A stretch of DNA of 64,000 nt, taken from contig CAXXYE010000007.1 in assembly GCA_963674865.2 (NCBI GenBank), forward strand, positions 1 through 64,000, read 5' to 3'. The position numbers and the translations under genes were made by a program. Positions within the stretch are counted from its first letter, which is position 1, and the number at the start of each line of letters is the position of its first letter. The notes beneath the pieces are model-generated. The model was not told the DNA's origin. It saw nothing but the letters and a program-made list of their open reading frames with translations, and made no database searches. Shown here in pieces: positions 28,344-36,660 of this stretch. Source of the stretch: Candidatus Hydrogenedentota bacterium (GTDB taxonomy: Bacteria > Hydrogenedentota > Hydrogenedentia > Hydrogenedentales > SLHB01).

Positions 28344-29507
28344 TCACGCGGCGGCCTTGGGCACGCGCGACGACACTACCGAGATCGCGAGGGCCAACAC
28401 GGCCGCGGCCACGAAAACGCGCTCGTAGCCCCACCCGATCCAGATGGCGCCGGCCACGGCGGGAATCGTCATGGAAACCACGTGATTGATCGATACGCCC
28501 ATGGCGAGGGTGGAGGTTATCTCCTTCGGTGAATTGGTGAGACGGGAGAGGTAGACAGCGCGGCCGCTGCCAAGGGCGAAGAGAAGATTGTCGGCGACGA
28601 AGCAGATGCAGGCCAGCAGGCGCGCCTTGTTGGAATCGTCCGTAAGATGCAGGGCGAAGCCGTAGCCAAGGCAGACGCAGGCCAGGAGGATGCCGTCGGC
28701 GATCATAACGCGCCGTTCGCCGAAGTGGTCGATGGCAATGCCCGTGAGAGGTTTGAAAACGATGCCGATGAGAGCGGCGATGGTGAAGAGGCCCGCGATG
28801 GAGGTGGCGGGCTGTTCGTAGACTTTTATCAGTACCCAAGGGCCGAAGGTGAAGAAGATCTGTTTGCGTGCTCCGAAGAGAAGCTCGAGTACGTAATACA
28901 GGGCGTAGCGTTTTCTGAACACGAGCCGTGAGCGGGCGCGGTGGAGGTGGGGGACGCGCATCAGCATGTAGGCGGTGCCCGCGCCCACGCCCAGTACCGC
29001 CGAACACAAGAAAGCCGTCCGGTATTGGGGCGCGGATTCGTCGAAGAGCAGCCACACCAAGCCCGTTCCGAGCACGGTGCCGGTGGTGCCGACGGCGCCC
29101 ACCTGCCCCAAGCGGCGGCCTCGGTTTGACGCGTCGCTCAATCCCAGTGCCAGGGATGAGCCCACCGGCATCAGGAGATGCATGCCCGTGCTCGCCACCA
29201 TCATCATCAGAACCATCAGCACGTAACGCGATCCGAGGAAGGCGAAGCCAACGAGCCCGGCCGCGTAGATGAGAGTGCCCACAACGCCCACATGCGTGAT
29301 GGCCAGCGTGCTCAGGGCGCCCGCCACCAGCACCACCAGCAAGCCCGGCAACTCGCGGGGAAACTCGAGTCGGCCTCGGGCATCGGCGGAAAGGTCGAAC
29401 GTATCTGAGAGGAAATTGTTGAAGACGGAATCATGGATCCCCACCGCCGCCGCCATGCATATCACGGCCGCGAAGAAAAGGAAGATCTGGCTTTTGGTGG
29501 AGTCCAT
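28344..29507 (-). CDS. MFS transporter
   Basis: About 12 hydrophobic segments; GIAIDHFGERR motif. Confidence 0.85.
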   Translation of the reverse strand: MDSTKSQIFLFFAAVICMAAAVGIHDSVFNNFLSDTFDLSADARGRLEFPRELPGLLVVLVAGALSTLAITHVGVVGTLIYAAGLVGFAFLGSRYVLMVLMMMVASTGMHLLMPVGSSLALGLSDASNRGRRLGQVGAVGTTGTVLGTGLVWLLFDESAPQYRTAFLCSAVLGVGAGTAYMLMRVPHLHRARSRLVFRKRYALYYVLELLFGARKQIFFTFGPWVLIKVYEQPATSIAGLFTIAALIGIVFKPLTGIAIDHFGERRVMIADGILLACVCLGYGFALHLTDDSNKARLLACICFVADNLLFALGSGRAVYLSRLTNSPKEITSTLAMGVSINHVVSMTIPAVAGAIWIGWGYERVFVAAAVLALAISVVSSRVPKAAA

Positions 29508-29793
29508 GTCGTATTCGTTCTTGCCGGGATTGCGGCAGCCGCGCCGAGTCTGAAGCAGCGTGGCTGAGGTTCATAACAGACGGGGGCTACTTACTGCAAG
29601 TATGGGGGCGTATGCGTACCGGGGGTAACCCTTCCGCTAGGGGTGGGATCTTCGGCTAATGATCGTGTGGCGGGCCGTGGCGCCTTACTTTTCACTTCGG
29701 CCACTGGAAATCATATGATGGACGGCGTAAGGTCTTTAGGAGTCCATGGGCCGTGTGCGGTACGTCTCTTTGCATGCTTTTGGGAGCACTTGC

Positions 29794-31464
29794 ATGATCG
29801 GCTTTAAGAAAAAGGCAGTTCCTGCCATCTCCGCTGTGACTAGGGGCACTTTCTGCCTGGCCCTTGGGTTTTTTCTCGCTTGCCTGTGGGCACCGACAGC
29901 CCGCGCCGACGGGGTGCTTCAATGGGTGGAGGTGGACGTCGCGCTCCGGCCGGACTGCAAGGCCAGTGTCACCTACAGCGTTTGCTGGCGCTCGCGCGGC
30001 AACCTTCACGGATTCTATTTCGAGGGCGTCGGAGAAACACCTATATTCGATGCTGCCAATGCCATGGCCTGGTACGACGCCAACCGCAAGAGCCTGCCTT
30101 TATCCATCAAGAAGGTTGGTGGCGGCAAGTGGGATATCGTCCTCGCGGGCGGCCAGGCCATCGATTCGGGCGACGTCATCTATAAGTTCACCTACGCTGC
30201 GGATCTCGGTGCGTCCGGCCATCTTGGTGTGACGGAATCCGAGTTCGGCAAACTGGTGTATTTCAATTGGGCGCCGGTTCAGTGGGACGCGCCGATGGAT
30301 CACTACACGGTTCGCGTCTACTATCCCGTTGAAGCGCCCGCTGCGAGTGGCCTGCCGCAGGGCACGCTCACCATCGAGCAGATGGACGCGTTCAAGTTCA
30401 AGACTGAGCCGTTCATGAACGAGAACTACCTAATCTCGTACTACGGCCAGGAATACGAGGGGCGCAGCTGGCTCACCGTCCGGCTCCATCGGGAGAAAGT
30501 GGGCACGAAATACCACTTCCGCGTCCAGCAGTACATCGACGCGCAGTATTTTCAGGCTCCGCCGGTGCGGGAGGCTCCCGCGCGCGCGTCATCAGCACAG
30601 CGGCCGGCAGTGCAGCCGCCGCAGCCGCCAATACGGCGCTCGATGCCTGCCCGGCGCTCCTACACTTTGCCAATTATCTTCGGCGTGTTCTTGCTTGGCG
30701 TGGTTTTCCTCGTGAGCAGTGCCAAGCATCGCTCCATGCTCCGCGCGCGCGATGGCTTGGGCGAGATCCAGTGGGCCAGGGATGATTGGATCCCGCCTCG
30801 GATCGAGCTTTCCTCCTTCCGTAAGGAAGGCAAGATAGCCGAGCTGGACATCTACGAGGCATGCCTCATGTGCGAGGTGCCGTTCGGCTCGATCCTGAGC
30901 GCTGTGGTGGGGCGTCTTGAAACACTTGGGGTCATTGAGGTTACCGGCACCGACCCATTCCGCGCGGGCGTGCTTCAGCATGCCCCAAGTCTTGAGAATC
31001 CTTACGAACAGGCGTTCTTCACGTTCATTGTGAGTGATAGCCAGTTGGACGAGCATGAGATGGACGAGTTGTTCCGGAGTCTGTGTGCCAATCTCCAGCG
31101 TAAGGCTTGGGATTGCGATGTGGACGCCACCCGCACGCACTATCAGGAGATGGTGGCGCAGTTGTTTCCAGAGCGGCCGGAGGAGGTCGAGGAGCAGGCT
31201 GAAGAGGGTGAGCGGCGATACGGCTACCGGGACTACTACTGGCGGTACCGGCCGGCTCTCTACAGTGATCAGTTTCACCATCCCGTGCATGCCATGACGT
31301 ACTCCACATTTCTGGATTCCAATTACTGCTTCGAGGGGTGCTTTACCCATTCGGCGTGTCACGACGCCTGTCACTCGGCGTGCCACTCCGCCTGCCATTC
31401 GGCGTGCCATTCAGCGTGTCATTCGGCGTGTCACTCGGCCTGCGTCAGCGGGGGATCGCATTAG
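29794..31464 (+). CDS. Single-pass membrane protein: DUF2207-like exported domain plus cytoplasmic domain ending in a (CHSA)n Cys/His repeat; putative radical SAM substrate
   Basis: GGGAG SD before ATG 29794 (ORF opens at 29746); signal peptide ending ARA|DG; Pro/Arg linker; TM at 30661-30723 followed by KHRSMLRAR; tail CFEGCFTHSACHDA(CHSA)6CVSGGSH. Confidence 0.85.
   Translation: MIGFKKKAVPAISAVTRGTFCLALGFFLACLWAPTARADGVLQWVEVDVALRPDCKASVTYSVCWRSRGNLHGFYFEGVGETPIFDAANAMAWYDANRKSLPLSIKKVGGGKWDIVLAGGQAIDSGDVIYKFTYAADLGASGHLGVTESEFGKLVYFNWAPVQWDAPMDHYTVRVYYPVEAPAASGLPQGTLTIEQMDAFKFKTEPFMNENYLISYYGQEYEGRSWLTVRLHREKVGTKYHFRVQQYIDAQYFQAPPVREAPARASSAQRPAVQPPQPPIRRSMPARRSYTLPIIFGVFLLGVVFLVSSAKHRSMLRARDGLGEIQWARDDWIPPRIELSSFRKEGKIAELDIYEACLMCEVPFGSILSAVVGRLETLGVIEVTGTDPFRAGVLQHAPSLENPYEQAFFTFIVSDSQLDEHEMDELFRSLCANLQRKAWDCDVDATRTHYQEMVAQLFPERPEEVEEQAEEGERRYGYRDYYWRYRPALYSDQFHHPVHAMTYSTFLDSNYCFEGCFTHSACHDACHSACHSACHSACHSACHSACHSACVSGGSH
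31357..31440 (+). repeat. 12-nt / 4-aa tandem repeat CHDA + 6x CHSA
   Basis: All six CHSA units differ at synonymous positions (TGTCACTCGGCG, TGCCACTCCGCC, TGCCATTCGGCG, TGCCATTCAGCG, TGTCATTCGGCG, TGTCACTCGGCC). Confidence 0.97.
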
Positions 31465-31465
31465 C

Positions 31466-32812
31466 ATGAAGCGGCAGGATGAGCAATATCCCCTCGACTG
31501 GATTGACGAATACGTGGCGCGATTGCGGGATTTTGTGGTCGTGCGCGAGGAAGACTGCCTGCTCATCAAAGTGCCGAATGAGGCGCACAAGCTGAACGCC
31601 TCCGGTGTTGCCATCCTTAAGCGTCTATTCGCCGGCGAAAGAGTTCGCGATCTATGGGCATCGCAGGGGCGGTCGCCGGAGGTCCGGCGCGACCTCTACA
31701 ACTTCTTCATCGGCCTCAAGCGCGTGCTCCAGGGATGCATCGACGAGCGGCATCTGCCCGAAGCTGTGACGTCGCGCCCCTTCTCGCTGGACTTCAACAC
31801 GCTACCGGTGTTGAGCGAGGTGGCGCTTACCTACCGCTGCAATCTGCGCTGCCGGTTCTGCTACGCGGGCTGCACCTGTACACGTGGCTCGGGCGATGAG
31901 GGAGAGATGGGCACCGAAGAGGCGCGGCGGGTCCTCCGCATTATCCGCGAAGAGGCCCAAGCGCCGAGCGTCAGTTTCACGGGAGGCGAACCTACACTGC
32001 GTGGCGACCTGTGCGCCCTGGTGCGCTACGCCCGGGAGGATCTGGGCCTGCGCGTGAATTTGATAACCAACGGCACACTCGTTGACGAAGCCTTGGCGCG
32101 CGATTTAGAGGACGCAGGCCTAAACAGCGCGCAGGTGAGTCTCGAATCATCCGATGAGGCCGTCCATGATCGGCTTACACAAGTCGCCGGGTCTTTCCAC
32201 CGCACCGTCGAAGCTATCGGGCACTTGCGGGAAAGCGGCATCCGTGTCCATACCAACACCACGCTGAACCGGGAGAATATGGCTTCGGCGGCTGCGATGC
32301 CGGGCTTCGTACGCTCGCTGGGGCTGGAACGCTTCTCCATGAACCTGACGATACCGGCAGGCCGGAGCCGTGACACGTGCCCGGAGGTCAACGTGAAATA
32401 CGAGGAGATCCCCGCGATCATTCTCGGCATTCAGGAGGAAGCGCGGCGAAACAACGTCGAGTTTATGTGGTATTCCCCGACGCCCGTCTGCGTCTTCAAT
32501 CCCATCCAACACCAGCTCGGAAACAAGGGGTGTGCCGCGTGCGACGGCCTCTTGTCCGTGTCGCCTACGGGCGATGTACTGCCGTGCTCGAGCTGGGCCG
32601 AGCCGGTAGGTAACTTGCTTCGGGAGGACTTCCGGCGCGTGTGGGGCTCGGCGCGCGCGTCGTGGCTTCGCGCCAAGTCATTTGCGCCGCCATTGTGTCG
32701 GAACTGCGGGGACTTTGCCTTGTGCCAGGGCGGATGCCCGCTCTACTGGCAACACTTCGGATACGGGGAACTGGAAGAATACGGAGAGCGCTATGTTGCT
32801 GCCACCGGTTGA
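31466..32812 (+). CDS. Radical SAM/SPASM maturase with putative N-terminal RRE (PqqD-like) domain
   Basis: CNLRCRFC, FTGGEP, ITNGT; SPASM motifs CAAC...GDVLPC...GNL...CRNC-x5-C-x3-C; N-terminal HKLNASGVAILKRL resembles an RRE. Confidence 0.92.
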   Translation: MKRQDEQYPLDWIDEYVARLRDFVVVREEDCLLIKVPNEAHKLNASGVAILKRLFAGERVRDLWASQGRSPEVRRDLYNFFIGLKRVLQGCIDERHLPEAVTSRPFSLDFNTLPVLSEVALTYRCNLRCRFCYAGCTCTRGSGDEGEMGTEEARRVLRIIREEAQAPSVSFTGGEPTLRGDLCALVRYAREDLGLRVNLITNGTLVDEALARDLEDAGLNSAQVSLESSDEAVHDRLTQVAGSFHRTVEAIGHLRESGIRVHTNTTLNRENMASAAAMPGFVRSLGLERFSMNLTIPAGRSRDTCPEVNVKYEEIPAIILGIQEEARRNNVEFMWYSPTPVCVFNPIQHQLGNKGCAACDGLLSVSPTGDVLPCSSWAEPVGNLLREDFRRVWGSARASWLRAKSFAPPLCRNCGDFALCQGGCPLYWQHFGYGELEEYGERYVAATG

Positions 32813-33812
32813 GCGGCGGGGCGAGATCCACTTCTACCTCGCGAAAAGCCTGCCCTATGGCACACGTCTGGCCATCTCGTTTGCGTTGATGGCGACAGGC
32901 TTCTCGATTCAGATCCTTCTCGGTGGAGGCCTGGCGGTTGTCGGCCTGGCATTTGTCTTCGCGGGCGTGTTGATGCTCCTCACCAAGGGCTTTGAGAACA
33001 AGGTGGCGCAGCGGCGGGGGAAGCATGAGTGGCGTCCGTCCCGGCGCGAGGAAATCCAGCGTATCATCGATATCAACGCGAAGCAGAAGAAGTGGGATCA
33101 GGCGGCCGTTGACATCACCAATAGCCGAGGTCTCGCCGTTCTTGTTGGTTTGACCGTGTTGTGCGGACTGGCGTTTCTGGTGCTCGGAAGGCCGCAGCCG
33201 GGATCCGTCAGGGGCGGCACATCACTGCTGTTCTTCAACGTTCCCGTGATGCTGCTGCCCTTCTGGTTTACCGGCGTCCGCTCGATCCTCAAGAACGACC
33301 GACTCGTAGTCAAGGCCGAGATGCTGCTGAAGGTGGAGGAAGCGCTCGATGTTTTCGGCAAGGAGAGCGGGGAGGAGTTTCAGTATCAGTTGCAGACTGC
33401 CGAAGCCCGAGATGGCTCGGGCGAGGTGCCTCAGGATGTAAAGGCGATCCTCCTTTTCCACGAGGGGTCGCCGGACTTTCTTGGCCTGCAGATGCAGGTT
33501 TCCATCAATAGCGTCCAGGGGAAGGATTTCCCATACTTCTACTGCGTTCTTGTGGCGCGGCCCGCTTTTGGCGGCCTATCCGTTGAACGCCCGCGTCGTG
33601 CTCGACGCAAGTGGTGGCAAGCTCTTGGCGCGGGCGCCTCTGGGCGGCAGGACGTTGTCGTCGAGAATAACCGTGAGAATGATGTGGATATTGCGGTGAT
33701 CCGCCAACGAACCACGCAGAAGACGGGCTACCACACCAATCCCGCAGCCGCGATCGCCCTCTTCGCATTCGCTCTGAAGGAGGCGCGTCGCCTTATAGCC
33801 AATGCGCCCTAG
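32793..33812 (+). CDS. Uncharacterised membrane protein (about 4 TM plus soluble domain) overlapping the rSAM stop
   Basis: GGAG SD; ATG overlaps the rSAM end by 20 nt; two pairs of TM segments. Confidence 0.75.
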   Translation: MLLPPVERRGEIHFYLAKSLPYGTRLAISFALMATGFSIQILLGGGLAVVGLAFVFAGVLMLLTKGFENKVAQRRGKHEWRPSRREEIQRIIDINAKQKKWDQAAVDITNSRGLAVLVGLTVLCGLAFLVLGRPQPGSVRGGTSLLFFNVPVMLLPFWFTGVRSILKNDRLVVKAEMLLKVEEALDVFGKESGEEFQYQLQTAEARDGSGEVPQDVKAILLFHEGSPDFLGLQMQVSINSVQGKDFPYFYCVLVARPAFGGLSVERPRRARRKWWQALGAGASGRQDVVVENNRENDVDIAVIRQRTTQKTGYHTNPAAAIALFAFALKEARRLIANAP

Positions 33813-33971
33813 GCCGGAATGCGGCGCGCGGCGTCATTTCTTCGATGGATTCACGCTTGAGCATGTTATGATGATTCTGTGGGCCGACGTGTGGTGGCCT
33901 GAGAGCCGTGTGAGCAGGTCGATGCGCTTCCATCTATGGAGGGGCGCTGAAACGGATGGGGGGGGCAGAAC

Positions 33972-35816
33972 ATGGCACGGAGGTACGAGGAAGCACTGCG
34001 GGCAGCGGCGTGCATGGTTTTGGCGCTAGTGTTGATGTGTGCCGCCGTTACCTGCGGGCGCGGCGGGGAAGAGGGAGATTCGGGCAAGGCGGCGACGCCT
34101 CAGAATCTCGCTGCTGCCCCCGCAGTCGTGGCGAAGCCGGAGGAAGCAGCGCCTCAGGAGTCTGTGCCTAACGGCCAGGCCGAGACGACAGCCGCGTCTG
34201 AGTCGGCTGAACGGGGGCCGGAAGAAACCGCCGCGGGAACACTAGCAGCCACCGAGCCGCCCTCTTCGGAAACGGAATCCCCTTCAGAGCGCACCGGGCA
34301 GGACGCTGAGGCGGCGCCGCGCGCCGCGACACAGAGCGAAGAAGAGGCGTTTTCATGGGTGAGTCCCAGGGAACAGGAGCGCTCGATCACGCGGAAGAAG
34401 ATTGAGCCGAATCTCGATATCGAGGGGGACCTGGGCGACGTCGAAGCGGGATTCTCCTGGGTGAGCGATGACTACGAGGCAAAGCGCGAAGAGGACGCAA
34501 AGAAGAGCCTCGCGGTGAAGGCGGCCGAAGCGGATTCCGCGCGGTTACGGGAGGAGCGGGCCCGCATCAAGGCTGAGGAGGATGCGGCGGCCAAACACGA
34601 GGCCGAAGAGGAATTGCGCCGGATCCGGGAGGAATATGAGCGGCTGCAGGCCGAGGCTGAAGAAGCGAAGCAGCGGGCCGAGATGGAGTCCGCGGCCAAG
34701 GCAGAGGCTGAGGCTGCGCTCAAGAAAGCGCTTGAGGAGCAGGCCAAGGCAATGGCCCAGGCGGAGGAGGCCAAGCGCCGAGCCGATGAGGAGGCGCAGG
34801 CCAAAGCTGAAGCGGGGGAAGCTCTCAAGAAGGCTGAACTGGAGCGCGAGCGGGCCGAAGCAGCCGCGCGGGAAGCCCGGCGCCGTGCCGATGAAGAGGC
34901 GCGTGCTAAGGAGGAGGCCGCGGAAGCTCAGCGGAAGGCTGAGGAGGAACGTGCCCGCGTTGAGGCGGCTGCCCGCGAAGCCGAGCCTTCGGATGAGGAA
35001 GTCCCCGCGGAGCCCGCGGTGGCTGAAGAGAAAACAGTGGCCGAACCAACACCGGCTGAGCCGTCTGAGGAGCCGACTCGCCCTGTGCCGGCGGGGCGGA
35101 TTGCCATTGCTCAAATGGAGGAAGGGGTGTCCGTCGAAGGAACGCAGAGCATCCGAATCGTCAGTGAAGGTGTGGTGGAGCACCTCAAGGGTGAGCGTAT
35201 CGAGGTAGCGGCCTACTTCTTCGACGCCAACGGCAGGCCGCTCAAAGATCGAGACGGCAAGTTCAAGTCGGCCGGTGGACAAGTCTACGTGGGCCGGGAA
35301 ATAGTGGTTTCGAATGATAAGCAGGCGCTCTCAGATGCCTTGTCCCTGCCATACGAGCAGTTGGACTTGAGTGGTGGAGGCAAGCAGCAGTTCAAGGTGC
35401 GGCTGGTTCTCTGGGAGTATACGGGGCGGAGAGGTCATGGGCTGGCGCGGAGTGACTGGGCGGCGTTCAGCTACACCCCGCCTCCAACGAAAGAGGAACT
35501 CAACGCCGTGCGCCGGGCCGATGTCACCGGGACTTGGTCGGGCGGGATTTCGATCACCCAGCGTGGCGATAGGGTGGTAGTCTCCGGACTCGACGTGCCT
35601 CAGGAGATAATATCGGAAACGTGGTCGTATCGAGACGGTGTGCTTGTCGGCACCGTCACGACACGCAAGGGCTTCCCGCCGCTGACGCGAGTGTGGGAAT
35701 ACACGCTCAAGATCTCTGAGGATGGCAGGACATTGCGCGGAAACTACCACCGTTCGGACAAGAACGGGCGCTTTCCGTTTGATAGCGAACCGTTTGAATG
35801 GAAGCGAGTTGACTAG
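33972..35816 (+). CDS. Putative lipoprotein with long Ala/Glu/Lys/Arg coiled coil (TolA-like) and C-terminal beta domains
   Basis: Signal peptide with AVTC|G lipobox-like site; repeated EEAKRRADEEA-type helix. Confidence 0.7.
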   Translation: MARRYEEALRAAACMVLALVLMCAAVTCGRGGEEGDSGKAATPQNLAAAPAVVAKPEEAAPQESVPNGQAETTAASESAERGPEETAAGTLAATEPPSSETESPSERTGQDAEAAPRAATQSEEEAFSWVSPREQERSITRKKIEPNLDIEGDLGDVEAGFSWVSDDYEAKREEDAKKSLAVKAAEADSARLREERARIKAEEDAAAKHEAEEELRRIREEYERLQAEAEEAKQRAEMESAAKAEAEAALKKALEEQAKAMAQAEEAKRRADEEAQAKAEAGEALKKAELERERAEAAAREARRRADEEARAKEEAAEAQRKAEEERARVEAAAREAEPSDEEVPAEPAVAEEKTVAEPTPAEPSEEPTRPVPAGRIAIAQMEEGVSVEGTQSIRIVSEGVVEHLKGERIEVAAYFFDANGRPLKDRDGKFKSAGGQVYVGREIVVSNDKQALSDALSLPYEQLDLSGGGKQQFKVRLVLWEYTGRRGHGLARSDWAAFSYTPPPTKEELNAVRRADVTGTWSGGISITQRGDRVVVSGLDVPQEIISETWSYRDGVLVGTVTTRKGFPPLTRVWEYTLKISEDGRTLRGNYHRSDKNGRFPFDSEPFEWKRVD

Positions 35817-35975
35817 TCACTAGCGAGCCCTTTGGCGCCGTTGCTTCTGGTGCCCTCGATCGCCTTTTCCTTCCGCTGGCAAAGTGTTGTATAATTCCAT
35901 GTAAACCACTTGGCCCTCCGGCGCCACCGGGGCGGCTTGATGTCCTGGTAAAACATTGCATAGTAGGAGTTTACG

Positions 35976-36572
35976 ATGAAGAAGACCATGTTGACGTTGG
36001 CGGTGACGGTGTTGGCCGTCCTTGTGTCGGGTTTCCACGCCTGGGCTCAACCGGAAGCGGCGGCGCCAAAGGGCGTTGAGATGAGCGTGACGGGTGTCAA
36101 CTACTGCCTTGAGACCACAGTGAAGAACACGCTTGCCGAGTGCCGCGTCGAGCGCGCTCGCCACGTGCTCAAGGTCACCGAGGCGAAAGACGCCGACGGG
36201 AAAGTCGTCGCGGATATGAAGGGGTGGACGCTGCACTACCTCTATTCCTTCACGAGTGCCGTGCTGTCCAACGACGCCAAGTTCCGCGGCAAGGAAGTGA
36301 CGATCACGGGCACCGTCTATAGGGACGAGCGCGTTATCGACGTCAAGAAGATCGAGATGGACGGGCAGGATGTGACGAATCAAAGCGCGGCTCCGGCGCA
36401 GCCTGTGAACCGTTTCCGCTCCAATGCACAAGTGCCTGCGCAGAACTACAGCGGCGCCGTAGGCAGTGCCAGCGGCCAGAATGCTGCCAACTACTCCGGA
36501 AACGTTGGGGGCGCCAGCGGCCAGAACGCTGCCAACTACTCGAGTGGCTCTGGCACGGCCAGCGGCCAGTAG
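35976..36572 (+). CDS. Secreted protein with C-terminal 15-aa NYSG..ASGQNAA repeats
   Basis: AGGAG SD, signal peptide (AWA|Q) and three repeat copies at 36444-36569. Confidence 0.8.
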   Translation: MKKTMLTLAVTVLAVLVSGFHAWAQPEAAAPKGVEMSVTGVNYCLETTVKNTLAECRVERARHVLKVTEAKDADGKVVADMKGWTLHYLYSFTSAVLSNDAKFRGKEVTITGTVYRDERVIDVKKIEMDGQDVTNQSAAPAQPVNRFRSNAQVPAQNYSGAVGSASGQNAANYSGNVGGASGQNAANYSSGSGTASGQ

Positions 36573-36593
36573 TAGTATTGATCGTATGAATCC

Positions 36594-36637
36594 GGGGGAG
36601 GCCGGACATTCTGGCCTCCCCCATTTCCCATTTTTTT
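36594..36637 (+). terminator. Intrinsic terminator
   Basis: GGGGGAGGCCGGA-CAT-TCTGGCCTCCCCC stem followed by a T-rich tract; between convergent genes. Confidence 0.7.
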
Positions 36638-36660
36638 CTCCCGGGGAATGCAGGTGGAGT

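Noticed and set aside
31357..31440. CHSA array as a CRISPR array or multiheme cytochrome motif
   Set aside because: It is a 12-nt in-frame coding repeat with no spacers or cas genes; spacing is CxxxCH rather than CxxCH, and the tail is predicted cytoplasmic.
34500..35000. DNA tandem repeat or mobile element
   Set aside because: The repetitiveness reflects a low-complexity Ala/Glu/Lys/Arg helix inside one ORF.
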